The position numbers and the translations under genes are program-made. The notes below the pieces were generated by a model. It did no database searches and was not told the DNA's origin. It saw only the letters and a list, made by a program, of their open reading frames with translations. Shown here one piece after another: positions 1 through 8,428 of a stretch of 64,000 nt of DNA (position 1 is its first letter; every line of letters begins with the position of its first letter). Source of the stretch: an uncultured virus (IMG/VR IMGVR_UViG_3300045996_000435). Its lineage: Duplodnaviria; Heunggongvirae; Uroviricota; Caudoviricetes. Where the stretch lies: the IMG/VR virus record IMGVR_UViG_3300045996_000435. The stretch is one strand, 5' to 3'.

Positions 1-72
1 ATACTAAGATGAAGATTATATCTATATCAATAGTTATATTCTTTGGCATTTTCATGAGTTTGAGTTTTAAAT

Positions 73-99
73 AGGAGGACAGCACGAAGCCATCCTCCT
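73..99 (-). terminator. Hairpin, terminator-like on minus strand
   Basis: AGGAGGA/TCCTCCT stem; inner mismatches become G-U pairs on the minus strand; only a short T tract follows. Confidence 0.4.
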
Positions 100-316
100 T
101 AGGTGAGAGAGAGAGTCAGAACTGGAAAGATCAGTCATAGCTTGTTCCTTCATACCACTCATTGAGCAGTTTAGGACCTGGCCTTACGAGAATAACAGTA
201 GTTCCCATGATATATGATTTGGTGTAAACTTTGGGACCATGCTGGGGTTCAAGCGAGCGAAGCGAGCGATAAGAGAGTAAAGGTTAAAGCTGGTTAACCT
301 TGATAGTAGTCCAGCT

Positions 317-502
317 TTAGAACTGTCTGTCGTTGCGTACCTTCTTAGCCAACAGTAATCCACCTTGTGCAACACACAGCATGGCACATATGAGGAGTAA
401 TGTAGGATAGAACTTAGACAGATTATCCACAGTATGGATAAGCATGATGCCTATGAGTTCTAAAACAGCGGCAGCAACGAAGAAAAAGATGATCCATTTC
501 AT
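317..502 (-). CDS. Small two-helix membrane protein resembling the N-terminal half of SMR transporters
   Basis: Two hydrophobic segments; W..AAVLELIG..LSKFYPTLL pattern; A-rich upstream region. Confidence 0.6.
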   Translation of the reverse strand: MKWIIFFFVAAAVLELIGIMLIHTVDNLSKFYPTLLLICAMLCVAQGGLLLAKKVRNDRQF

Positions 503-666
503 AACTTTGATTTTAGGATTAAGGGGGTACCCCGGAACTTTGGAGTTTGGCTGGGGTTGGTTTTATAGGTACTATCACCACACGAACTTACATAACAAAA
601 ATCATGGGGGGTACTTCTATTAAAACATAAAGGCGGGGGGTATGTTTATAAAAAGTATCTATATTA

Positions 667-698
667 TTTGGAAACGTATAAATAATGTTGTATATTTG
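667..698 (+). promoter_or_regulatory. Bacteroidota-type -33/-7 promoter
   Basis: TTTG (667-670), 20-nt spacer, TATATTTG (691-698). Confidence 0.75.
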
Positions 699-703
699 CA
701 TCC

Positions 704-1081
704 ATGAAATTAAAAGAAGATCGTAGCTTTATTCATTTACCAGAGTATCAGTATAGTATAGAGATTATCTTTACTAATGATATTATAGCTTCTAGGAATA
801 AAGATTCAGAGTTTATAGGTTCTGTGTTTTATTCAGCTCGTCCTCCAGCAGCTTTACATTCGACAGCAGATGGTCAGTTATTTTCTAAGTTATATTTTAA
901 TTATGGACCTGGTCCTGGTATAGTAGCTCATGAGTGTTGGCATTGTATTTATAATCTGTTTGGTATACTAGGGGCTGACTTTGAGAACGAACTTACTGCT
1001 TATTTACTGGCTTATTTAGTAGAATCTGTATATCAGTTTGATATGAGATTACACCAGCGCAAAAAAACTTTAAAGAAATAA
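704..1081 (+). CDS. Small zincin-like metallopeptidase
   Basis: IVAHECWH (HExxH) followed by ENELTAY. Confidence 0.65.
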   Translation: MKLKEDRSFIHLPEYQYSIEIIFTNDIIASRNKDSEFIGSVFYSARPPAALHSTADGQLFSKLYFNYGPGPGIVAHECWHCIYNLFGILGADFENELTAYLLAYLVESVYQFDMRLHQRKKTLKK

Positions 1082-1090
1082 CATAAAAAA

Positions 1091-1122
1091 TTTGGATTCG
1101 GGTTTAAATAGTCGTATCTTTG
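1091..1122 (+). promoter_or_regulatory. Bacteroidota-type promoter
   Basis: TTTG-N20-TATCTTTG. Confidence 0.75.
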
Positions 1123-1171
1123 TATCCCCCTGGGATTTTAGGAATAGAGGGACAATAGAAAAACAGAGAAC

Positions 1172-1393
1172 ATGGATGAGTTAGGAATTTGGGAGAGAGA
1201 TACTAGAAGGATGGCTGAAGATATGTTTATTGATTACATTAGAAATGTCTATCCTACTGTGACAATTGAACTTAAAGATAATATGTACGAAATAATTGGA
1301 TCAGTAGAAACACTAGAAGAAATCCAGGAAATTATAAAACAGGTAATGTATGATAACGAAAGTGGAAGAGGGGCTCTGGAAGATAGAGATTAA
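1172..1393 (+). CDS. Hypothetical protein
   Basis: ORF downstream of promoter. Confidence 0.65.
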   Translation: MDELGIWERDTRRMAEDMFIDYIRNVYPTVTIELKDNMYEIIGSVETLEEIQEIIKQVMYDNESGRGALEDRD

Positions 1394-1529
1394 TGGAGAA
1401 GAGTTCTTTTGTGGAATAGAAGGAAAGTTAATGTATGAAGAAATCATCAAAGAGTGGGAAAGGCTTAACAACTCAGACAGTTCAGACGATGGACAAGATG
1501 AAGCTGAAGAAGTTACTGGACTTAGTTGA
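1350..1529 (+). CDS. Hypothetical 59-aa acidic protein (not in track)
   Basis: MITKVEEGLWKIEINGEEFFCG...; fills the gap between neighbours. Confidence 0.55.
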   Translation: MITKVEEGLWKIEINGEEFFCGIEGKLMYEEIIKEWERLNNSDSSDDGQDEAEEVTGLS

Positions 1530-1695
1530 ATTTACTGATACTCCTAAAATAGTTAAAAAAAGTAAAGTTAAATGGAATGCATGGGTAGAATTATTTAGCT
1601 TTTATAACGAAGATAGAGATTACCCTGTAGATATGAACTTAGTATTTAATTATGCTAAAGTATATATGAAAGCTTTAAATTATATTCATGAATAA
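1489..1695 (+). CDS. Hypothetical protein (start probably 1489 rather than 1435)
   Basis: ORF track; 8-nt overlap with next gene. Confidence 0.55.
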   Translation: MDKMKLKKLLDLVEFTDTPKIVKKSKVKWNAWVELFSFYNEDRDYPVDMNLVFNYAKVYMKALNYIHE

Positions 1696-2128
1696 AATTA
1701 GATTGTTTACTGTATCGTGTTTGTTAGGTCTGTTAAGTTTTGTTAGTGTAAAAGCTCAAAAGCTTGACTTTGATTATAAGATAGATACAGTTAGTGTAGG
1801 TACGTTAAGTCAAGGAAGTGTAGATTCAGTGTTTGCTTTTCCTACAACATTTAGATTCGAAAGGTTTGGAGATTCTTCTGTAGTTAAGTTTGGTAATGGT
1901 AGAGAAGTAAAAAGCTTTTACGTAACGAAGTTTGTTAAAGTTACTACTAGTCCAGATTCTACTATGTGTAGTCATTTGTTCGAAGTAAAAGATAATGAAG
2001 GCAATGTTTATTTGTTTCAGTTAGCTTTTTTAAATCCTGGTCATATATTATTAGCTTTTGCCTTTTCAGCTGATGATAAGATTATTATTTATTTTATTAA
2101 ACAAAAAGAGCTAACCCTAGAAGGATGA
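1688..2128 (+). CDS. Secreted protein with signal peptide
   Basis: MNKIRLF..VSVKA|QK signal peptide with +1 Gln, typical of Bacteroidota. Confidence 0.65.
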   Translation: MNKIRLFTVSCLLGLLSFVSVKAQKLDFDYKIDTVSVGTLSQGSVDSVFAFPTTFRFERFGDSSVVKFGNGREVKSFYVTKFVKVTTSPDSTMCSHLFEVKDNEGNVYLFQLAFLNPGHILLAFAFSADDKIIIYFIKQKELTLEG

Positions 2129-2571
2129 TAATGACAGAAACTTATTTCACACCTGATATAGAAGATATTAGAATAGGGTTAGAATGTGAATATACTACCG
2201 ATTCTCTTGCTTTTAGAGTACATGCTGTAGAATGTATTAGTAAACAAAAACTTGGATTTTGGGATATTGAAGAAATGGTAGGACTGGGAATTAATGAAGA
2301 TTTAAAAAATCATATTAGAATTCCTTATCTTAATAAAGAACAAATAGAAGCTGAAGGTTGGAAATCTATTGGTAAAGGAGCCGGACCTTATTGGTTTGAG
2401 AAAACTGGTAATTTTAAAGGTGGTTTTTGGCGAGTAGTAATTAGTTATGACTATACTGCACATCACTTATTAGTTGTGTTTGATGATATGGGAGAACCTC
2501 ATCATGTTTTTGAAGGAGAGTGTAAAGATATTAATACATTAAGATATATAAGTAAACTACTAGGAATATGA
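2125..2571 (+). CDS. Hypothetical phage protein
   Basis: ORF with ATGA overlaps on both sides. Confidence 0.7.
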   Translation: MIMTETYFTPDIEDIRIGLECEYTTDSLAFRVHAVECISKQKLGFWDIEEMVGLGINEDLKNHIRIPYLNKEQIEAEGWKSIGKGAGPYWFEKTGNFKGGFWRVVISYDYTAHHLLVVFDDMGEPHHVFEGECKDINTLRYISKLLGI

Positions 2572-2678
2572 TATGTGAAGCTTGTGGAGGGAGTGGATTT
2601 ATAAAAGATTTAGAATTTTGTCTTGAATGTCAAGGAGAAGGATATATAAACGATGAAGATGAAGAAATTAATTTGTAA
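2568..2678 (+). CDS. 36-aa DnaJ-type zinc-finger microprotein (not in track)
   Basis: MICEACGGSG...FCLECQGEG: two CxxCxGxG motifs. Confidence 0.65.
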   Translation: MICEACGGSGFIKDLEFCLECQGEGYINDEDEEINL

Positions 2679-2772
2679 ATTATTTCATAAAAGATTTTGG
2701 AAACTTACAGCATTACATTGGCAAGGTCATGATTATCAATGTAACAAATGTAAAGTAGTTCATTATGAATAG
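2653..2772 (+). CDS. 39-aa Cys/His microprotein (not in track)
   Basis: MKMKKLICKLFHK...YQCNKCK; ends at the terminator. Confidence 0.55.
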   Translation: MKMKKLICKLFHKRFWKLTALHWQGHDYQCNKCKVVHYE

Positions 2773-2794
2773 CCCTCTTAATTGAGGGTTTTTT
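2771..2794 (+). terminator. Rho-independent terminator
   Basis: AGCCCTC-TTAATT-GAGGGTT plus T tract. Confidence 0.8.
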
Positions 2795-2839
2795 GTTTCA
2801 CAAAATGTAGTTTTTTATTTTAAAATAGTTACTTAAATA

Positions 2840-2871
2840 TTTGGATTTGGCTTTTAAATGTTGTATCTTTG
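2840..2871 (+). promoter_or_regulatory. Bacteroidota-type promoter
   Basis: TTTG-N20-TATCTTTG. Confidence 0.75.
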
Positions 2872-2889
2872 TAAACATATAAAGTTTGT

Positions 2890-3936
2890 ATGTTAGAAAA
2901 TCAAGATATAAAAGTAAGCACTTGGGTAACAGGTGTAGAGAACATTACACCTTCAACGGGTGGAACATTAATTGTATCTACTACAGATGCTGGACATTTA
3001 ATGTGGGATTGTCTTTCGCCTAATGCTACTCTAGATACAGCTTCTGGAATGTGGAATACAGGAACTAATGTAAAATTTGGACTTGATACAGCTTGTCCAG
3101 GTGGGAAAGAAATACCTCAATCAAATCCTGTAAAAGGATTAAGATTTAATGAGGGTAAACTTCGTTACGATTTAATCCATCCTGAAGCACAAAAAGGATT
3201 AGTTAAAGTTCTTACTTTAGGGGCTCAGAAATATGCAGAGCGTAACTGGGAAAAAGGAATGGAGTGGTCGAAAATTACTGCATCTCTTAAACGCCATATT
3301 GCAGCTATAGAAGCTGGAGAAGATTTCGATAAAGAAAGCGGTCTTTTACATGCTGATCATGTACAAGCCAATGCTCATTTTTTATCAGCCTACTATAAGA
3401 TTGCCCCACAATATGATGATAGGCCTCATACCTGGTTAGACAAGAAGAGAGTAGCTTTAGATATTGATGAAGTGCTTTGTGATTTTACAGCAGGTTGGGC
3501 AGAACAGTTTCATGATGTAGACTCTAGACCTACAGCTTGGTATTATGATAGAAACATGCTAGACAGATTTAATCAAATGAGAGAAGCTGGAGCCTTGGAT
3601 GCTTTTTACTTAGGTTTAAGACCTAAAATGAATCCTAAAGAACTACCTTTCGAACCAGTATGTTATATTACTTCTAGACCAGTATCTACAGAAATTACTG
3701 AGCAGTGGTTAGATATGCATGGCTTTCCTAGAGTAAAGGTCGTAACAGTACCTCATGGTAAATCTAAAGTAGAAGCTCTTCAGGAAAATAACATAGATAT
3801 TTTTGTAGACGATAGCTTCGATAATTTTAGAGAAGCCAATGCAGCAGGAATTTGTACTTTTCTTTGGAGTGCCCCTCATAATGAAAGATTTGATGTAGGA
3901 TTTAAAAGAATTAAAAGTTTAAAAGATTTAGTATAA
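2890..3936 (+). CDS. DUF5664 (dATP/dGTP diphosphohydrolase-like) domain fused to HAD 5'-nucleotidase-like domain
   Basis: GKLRYDLI..GAQKYAERNWEKG..ESGLLHADH; C-terminal VALDIDEVL, YITSR, FVDD. Confidence 0.8.
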   Translation: MLENQDIKVSTWVTGVENITPSTGGTLIVSTTDAGHLMWDCLSPNATLDTASGMWNTGTNVKFGLDTACPGGKEIPQSNPVKGLRFNEGKLRYDLIHPEAQKGLVKVLTLGAQKYAERNWEKGMEWSKITASLKRHIAAIEAGEDFDKESGLLHADHVQANAHFLSAYYKIAPQYDDRPHTWLDKKRVALDIDEVLCDFTAGWAEQFHDVDSRPTAWYYDRNMLDRFNQMREAGALDAFYLGLRPKMNPKELPFEPVCYITSRPVSTEITEQWLDMHGFPRVKVVTVPHGKSKVEALQENNIDIFVDDSFDNFREANAAGICTFLWSAPHNERFDVGFKRIKSLKDLV

Positions 3937-4289
3937 TGGCAAATAATAATAAGATATATAGAGGGCTTCCAAAAGTCATTAGTTCTATTTTAATAACCTC
4001 TAAAGGATGGTTAGTAGGGTCTTCTATCAGACAAATTCTTAATGGAGAGACTCCTAGAGACTTTGATATAATCGTAAGTAATGGGGATGACTTTCAGAAC
4101 ACAGTAATGTTTCTAAGAGACATGGCTACTTCGTATAAGATTAATACTTGTGGGGGATTAAAGTTTGATTTAAATGGTTTAGAGGTCGATATCTGGGTCG
4201 AAGACCTAGAGCACTTTATGAGAAGTGCGTCGAGTTTCGACTATATCTATAGTTTTAGGCAACAACTTCTACTTAAGCTAGAAAAATAA
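3936..4289 (+). CDS. Minimal nucleotidyltransferase (CCA/poly(A) polymerase head-like)
   Basis: WLVGSSIRQ..PRDFDII..VDIW. Confidence 0.65.
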   Translation: MANNNKIYRGLPKVISSILITSKGWLVGSSIRQILNGETPRDFDIIVSNGDDFQNTVMFLRDMATSYKINTCGGLKFDLNGLEVDIWVEDLEHFMRSASSFDYIYSFRQQLLLKLEK

Positions 4290-4290
4290 A

Positions 4291-4322
4291 TTTGGTCAAA
4301 CTTAAAAAATTTACTATCTTAT
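4291..4322 (+). promoter_or_regulatory. Variant promoter
   Basis: TTTG-N20-TATCTTAT; ATG at 4326. Confidence 0.55.
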
Positions 4323-4325
4323 AAT

Positions 4326-4568
4326 ATGTTAGAATACTTAATGGAAAGAGGCTTCGTAAAGAAAATAGATGGAAGATTAATGATTACTTCCACTTGTCCT
4401 ACATGGGTGTTTGTAGGAACTAAAGACGGAGTCACTCTTCCAGCTTTAGTTGTTAGTACCAGATTAACAGGCAAAGATGCAATGGTGCCAATAAAAATAA
4501 GGACAATAGAGGACTTCGAAACACTAGAACATATTATTGGAGGCGTAAAAAAGACAAACAATGAATAA
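4326..4568 (+). CDS. Hypothetical protein
   Basis: ORF track. Confidence 0.65.
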   Translation: MLEYLMERGFVKKIDGRLMITSTCPTWVFVGTKDGVTLPALVVSTRLTGKDAMVPIKIRTIEDFETLEHIIGGVKKTNNE

Positions 4569-4791
4569 AGTTAAGAAAACTTTACTTACATCTATATATC
4601 CTCATATTTCTGATGAACCTCTTGGGGATGATAAGAACCAGTACGAAATTAACCTTCAGCATACTTTAGATTCTCTGTATCAATCTTTTTATCGGTTGGT
4701 CAGAGATGCCTATGAAGAAGGTGTTTATACTAAAGGAGTAGAATGGGAACAGGATTTTTTAGAGTGGATAGAGAAGCTTGATATAGATTAA
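4561..4791 (+). CDS. Hypothetical protein
   Basis: ORF track, 8-nt overlap. Confidence 0.65.
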   Translation: MNKVKKTLLTSIYPHISDEPLGDDKNQYEINLQHTLDSLYQSFYRLVRDAYEEGVYTKGVEWEQDFLEWIEKLDID

Positions 4792-4796
4792 ATATA

Positions 4797-4855
4797 AACT
4801 TTTAAAGTTTTAATGTTTAAAAATTTGTTTATATCAGAAATTAATCGTATATTTG
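4797..4855 (+). promoter_or_regulatory. Palindrome AACTTTTAAAGTT plus Bacteroidota-type promoter
   Basis: Palindrome 4797-4809; TTTG 4824-4827; TATATTTG 4848-4855. Confidence 0.7.
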
Positions 4856-4869
4856 TATAAATCAAGAAC

Positions 4870-5052
4870 ATGGACACAACCTATTTAGTCGTAAATTGGT
4901 ATACAGTCGAGGATCATGAACTAGCTGGTATTATTTCAGATCTACTGAAAACAGCATATAAAAAGGATCGAGATGTAAAGTCAATATTAGAACAAGTAAA
5001 TAAAACCAATTATAGTGGAAGAGAACTTAAACGAACAAGTGAGCAGTATTGA
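4870..5052 (+). CDS. Hypothetical protein
   Basis: ORF after promoter. Confidence 0.55.
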   Translation: MDTTYLVVNWYTVEDHELAGIISDLLKTAYKKDRDVKSILEQVNKTNYSGRELKRTSEQY

Positions 5053-5179
5053 GGTTATAGATGCTAAAGATAAAGAGATTTTTGATCTTCAGTTTCAGCT
5101 CCAAAAAACATTTCTAATTAAACAAATCCTTCAGGAAAAGTTACAAATAAAAGAACTAAAAAAAGCCCTAGAAGAATAA
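5015..5179 (+). CDS. 54-aa coiled-coil protein, GTG start (not in track)
   Basis: Preceded by AAACCAA; fills the gap to 5193. Confidence 0.55.
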   Translation: MEENLNEQVSSIEVIDAKDKEIFDLQFQLQKTFLIKQILQEKLQIKELKKALEE

Positions 5180-5192
5180 CAAACCAAAACCA

Positions 5193-5534
5193 ATGGCAAT
5201 AGTAATATCCAAGAAAGTAAAAGTAGATTCCCAATTCGAAATGGTGAAGCTACAATTTTTACTTTACTGTTTCTTAAAAAATATTAACTTAAGTAATTCA
5301 GATTTGGACTGTTTGACCACTATTGCTATCAAAGGTTATAGTAAACATGTAATCGAAGAGATAGTAGAAAAAGGTGTATTTAAATCTCAACAGACAGTTA
5401 GAAACTGCATAGTTAAACTAACTAATTTAGGGATACTAGTTAAAGACACTGATGGTCGAAAAATAAATCCAAATTTGTCTATAGGTGTAGATGCAACAAT
5501 TATTATGGATTTAAAAATAGCAAACTTACCATGA
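5193..5534 (+). CDS. Putative winged-helix DNA-binding protein
   Basis: LSNSDLDCL..SQQTVRNCIVKLTNLGILVK pattern. Confidence 0.55.
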   Translation: MAIVISKKVKVDSQFEMVKLQFLLYCFLKNINLSNSDLDCLTTIAIKGYSKHVIEEIVEKGVFKSQQTVRNCIVKLTNLGILVKDTDGRKINPNLSIGVDATIIMDLKIANLP

Positions 5535-5950
5535 TTAGGCCAAATGACTTAATTGAGAAATCTAAAGTCAATATCCCTAAATCTGAGAAGTCTAATATTT
5601 TAAGTTTTTTTTGGTTAGACATTTATCATGCTTTAGTTGATTTAAATTATAAAGACGTATATATAAGAGGGTTAGGTACTTTTTGGATGCGTTATAATAA
5701 ATTAGAAGGGCTAAAGAACTACATAAGAAAAAAAGTAGAAACTGTACAAAGTAGAGAAGATTTAAGTCCAGATACAAAAGATAGGATGCTTTCTGAACTT
5801 CTAGTATATTTAGAGAATATTGAAGCTAGAAAGAAAGAGCTTAGAGATTTAAAAGAAGAAAGGATTAAATTCAATGAACAGAAAGAAGCTATTAGAAATA
5901 TTTCAGAACAGGGGGAAGATTTGGGAAGGTCTAAGGAATCGAGTCTTTAA
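5531..5950 (+). CDS. Possible divergent HU/IHF-like protein
   Basis: VYIRGLGTF resembles the HU/IHF V.I.GFG.F motif. Confidence 0.45.
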   Translation: MIRPNDLIEKSKVNIPKSEKSNILSFFWLDIYHALVDLNYKDVYIRGLGTFWMRYNKLEGLKNYIRKKVETVQSREDLSPDTKDRMLSELLVYLENIEARKKELRDLKEERIKFNEQKEAIRNISEQGEDLGRSKESSL

Positions 5951-6209
5951 ACAAGAACATATAGAAGCCTTATATGAAGAACGAATGGAAATCTGTAGAG
6001 GTTGTGAATCTTATGATACAGATGGAAAAGGTTGTTCAGTCCCAGGTACTGCTCCTTGTTGTAGTGAATTAAGCGGGGGATGTGGATGTTCACTTAGTCT
6101 TAAAGGTAGATCCCCTTCATCTAGTTGTCCTAAAAATAAATGGTTAGCCGTTATGAACGAACAGGAGGAAGAACTTCTAAAAGCTAATCTACATGATAAA
6201 GCACGATAA
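5874..6209 (+). CDS. Cys-rich putative zinc-binding protein
   Basis: CRGC..C..CC..GCGC..CP..KW. Confidence 0.65.
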   Translation: MNRKKLLEIFQNRGKIWEGLRNRVFKQEHIEALYEERMEICRGCESYDTDGKGCSVPGTAPCCSELSGGCGCSLSLKGRSPSSSCPKNKWLAVMNEQEEELLKANLHDKAR

Positions 6210-6552
6210 CCATGAAATTACTTTGTATGTTATAAGTCCAGTTTATAAAACAAAATTAAAAACTGTAAAAGATGGACTGGGAAACATAGTAAAGAATGAA
6301 GATGGAAAACCAGTAAAGGGGTATGAAGAGGTATGGCATAAAGATATAAGATTAAAAACTATTTTCCAAAAAGATGCTATTACTTTACGAGGTGAGACCT
6401 TAGATAGGAAAAATAAACCTTGTAAAAAAAGATGTGTAATTTATGACAAATACATTGGTAAGTTTTTTACAATAGCTCATTCCTTATCTGAATTGGAGCA
6501 AGCCTTAAATGGCGTTGATGAAAATACTCCAATCGGGTTTAAAAGATATTAA
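6193..6552 (+). CDS. Hypothetical protein
   Basis: ORF track. Confidence 0.65.
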   Translation: MIKHDNHEITLYVISPVYKTKLKTVKDGLGNIVKNEDGKPVKGYEEVWHKDIRLKTIFQKDAITLRGETLDRKNKPCKKRCVIYDKYIGKFFTIAHSLSELEQALNGVDENTPIGFKRY

Positions 6553-6553
6553 A

Positions 6554-7285
6554 ATGAAATTCATTTCAGAAAACCATACTTACGTAACTGAACAAGGCGA
6601 ACAATATACTTCAGTTACTAGCTTAATCAAACAATATTGTCCTAAAAAAGATTGGGGTAAAATTGCTGAAAGTTATGCTAAAAAGAATAAAAAATCAGTA
6701 GAAGAGGTTCAAGCAGCATGGAAAGCAGAAGGAGATAAAGCAGTTATTAAAGGTACAGCTTTTCACGAAAAGATGGAAAACCTTTATAAAGAAACTGGCT
6801 CTTTTAAACTTGAAGATATAGATTGTGCAGTATTTGATTCCCCTCTTGTAGATGGAATTAAACTTGCAAAAGATTTAAAATTAGATACAGGTATTTATCC
6901 AGAGCTTTTAATTTATTCTCATAAATATAAATTAGCAGGTCAAGCAGATTTAATAGAAATCATAAATGGTAAAATAAATGTAAAAGATTATAAAACAAAT
7001 AAAAAAATAGACAAAGAATCATATAAGCACTGGAAAGATGGACATGAAATGATGCTCTTTCCTGTAAATAACTTCATGAACTCTAACTATTGGCATTATG
7101 CTTTGCAATTAAACATTTATATGTTTTTGTTAAAAGCACATAATCCAAAGTTAAAAGTCGGGGATATGTTTATTTATCATATTCAAGAAGATGAATCTGT
7201 AGTACCATATGAGGTAGAAAATCTACAGTCCGATGTTAAAGTTTTATTAGAACATTTTAAAGAACGAGAACTATTTAGATTCTAA
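6554..7285 (+). CDS. PD-(D/E)xK exonuclease (Cas4/RecB-like fold); probable start 6554
   Basis: SVTS, GTAFH, PE, AGQADL, DYKT, YALQLNIY. Confidence 0.85.
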   Translation: MKFISENHTYVTEQGEQYTSVTSLIKQYCPKKDWGKIAESYAKKNKKSVEEVQAAWKAEGDKAVIKGTAFHEKMENLYKETGSFKLEDIDCAVFDSPLVDGIKLAKDLKLDTGIYPELLIYSHKYKLAGQADLIEIINGKINVKDYKTNKKIDKESYKHWKDGHEMMLFPVNNFMNSNYWHYALQLNIYMFLLKAHNPKLKVGDMFIYHIQEDESVVPYEVENLQSDVKVLLEHFKERELFRF

Positions 7286-7288
7286 TTA

Positions 7289-7945
7289 ATGAAGAAAGAC
7301 AACACCGAAAAAAGAGTACCTAAAGGGGAAATAAGTTATAGGATTCAATTGTCAGATGAGCAGAAAGAAGTAAAACAGGGAGTATTTGAGAAAGACGTAA
7401 CAATTATAATGGGTAGACAAGCAAGTGGTAAAACACAAGTTGCTGTTCTTTGTGCTCTAGATTTATTACATAAACGTTTAGTAAATCAGATTATAATCTC
7501 TAGACCTGTCATAAAAGACAGTATAGGGCTGCTTCCTGGCACTATGAAGGAGAAGATGGAATACCAAGTAGCCCCAATCATACAGTGTCTGTATGCGGCT
7601 TATAACCCCCAAATCATTGATAAGTACTTAGAAGAGAAGATTATTCAGATTCTGCCTATTGATTATATGAAGGGAATAACATTTCAGAATGCTTGCACTA
7701 TTATTACAGAATTTGAGGATTGTACTTGGAAGCAGTTTGAGAACGTTTTGACTAGACTTGGAAAAGGATCGAAACTGATTTTCGAAGGCTCTTTAGAACA
7801 GATTGACAAAAGTGTAGGTAAAGAATCATGTTTACATAAAGTAATGAAGCTTGAAAAAGCTGGACTTGTAAACTATCATATTCTTAAAAGTAACCATAGA
7901 AACGAAGACATTTTTAAAATATTAGACTATATAGATGCTAATTAA
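7289..7945 (+). CDS. phoH: PhoH-family ATPase
   Basis: GRQASGKT Walker A; IIISRP, GLLPG..EKM, LTRLG..SK, QID, HR. Confidence 0.9.
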   Translation: MKKDNTEKRVPKGEISYRIQLSDEQKEVKQGVFEKDVTIIMGRQASGKTQVAVLCALDLLHKRLVNQIIISRPVIKDSIGLLPGTMKEKMEYQVAPIIQCLYAAYNPQIIDKYLEEKIIQILPIDYMKGITFQNACTIITEFEDCTWKQFENVLTRLGKGSKLIFEGSLEQIDKSVGKESCLHKVMKLEKAGLVNYHILKSNHRNEDIFKILDYIDAN

Positions 7946-8126
7946 CCAACACGACATAATAGCCAAGAATGTATTTTCTAAAGCTTTTTATGTAGCTGAA
8001 ACTAAAGAAGATAAGATATTAGGGTATTATTTAAAAGGCCCGAATGAACATTTATCTAAACTTAATGAAGAAGATTATGTAGAGTGGCAAGGAGATTTTG
8101 TTAGACTTGGAAGTGTTACTATTTAA
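7935..8126 (+). CDS. Hypothetical protein
   Basis: ORF track. Confidence 0.55.
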   Translation: MLINQHDIIAKNVFSKAFYVAETKEDKILGYYLKGPNEHLSKLNEEDYVEWQGDFVRLGSVTI

Positions 8127-8142
8127 ACATAAAATTTATAAA

Positions 8143-8418
8143 ATGAATAAACCAAAAATTACTCTATTGGAAGATAGAGTTTTAATAAAGCCCCTACCAA
8201 AAGAAACCAAAACAGCTAGTGGACTTTTTATCCCAGAGGAAGTAGTAAGTGATGAAGGAATACTTAAAGGTATGATTTTAGTTACAGGTACTGCAGACAC
8301 TTTGCTTGTTAAACCAGATGATGTTGTTCTTTATGGTAAACATTCAGGTAGAGAAGTTCGATTAGAGGGTGAGAGTTATTTAATAATGCGTCAAATGGAT
8401 ATTGTAGGAATTTTATAA
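8143..8418 (+). CDS. groES: Co-chaperonin GroES (probable start 8143)
   Basis: LEDRVLIK..KTASGLFIP..VKPDDVVLYGKHSG..YLIMRQMDI. Confidence 0.9.
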   Translation: MNKPKITLLEDRVLIKPLPKETKTASGLFIPEEVVSDEGILKGMILVTGTADTLLVKPDDVVLYGKHSGREVRLEGESYLIMRQMDIVGIL

Positions 8419-8428
8419 ATCATATGAA

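Noticed and set aside
184..387. Minus-strand 67-aa ORF
   Set aside because: Overlaps the better-supported 317-502 gene and crosses the GCGAAGC repeat
5874..5950. Long 40-77 nt gene overlaps (also 1350, 5015, 33079, 39162)
   Set aside because: Same phase as ordinary 8-nt overlaps; explained by C-terminal run-on rather than recoding
6554..7285. Cas4 / CRISPR system
   Set aside because: Stand-alone PD-(D/E)xK nuclease without the four-Cys cluster; no repeat-spacer array seen
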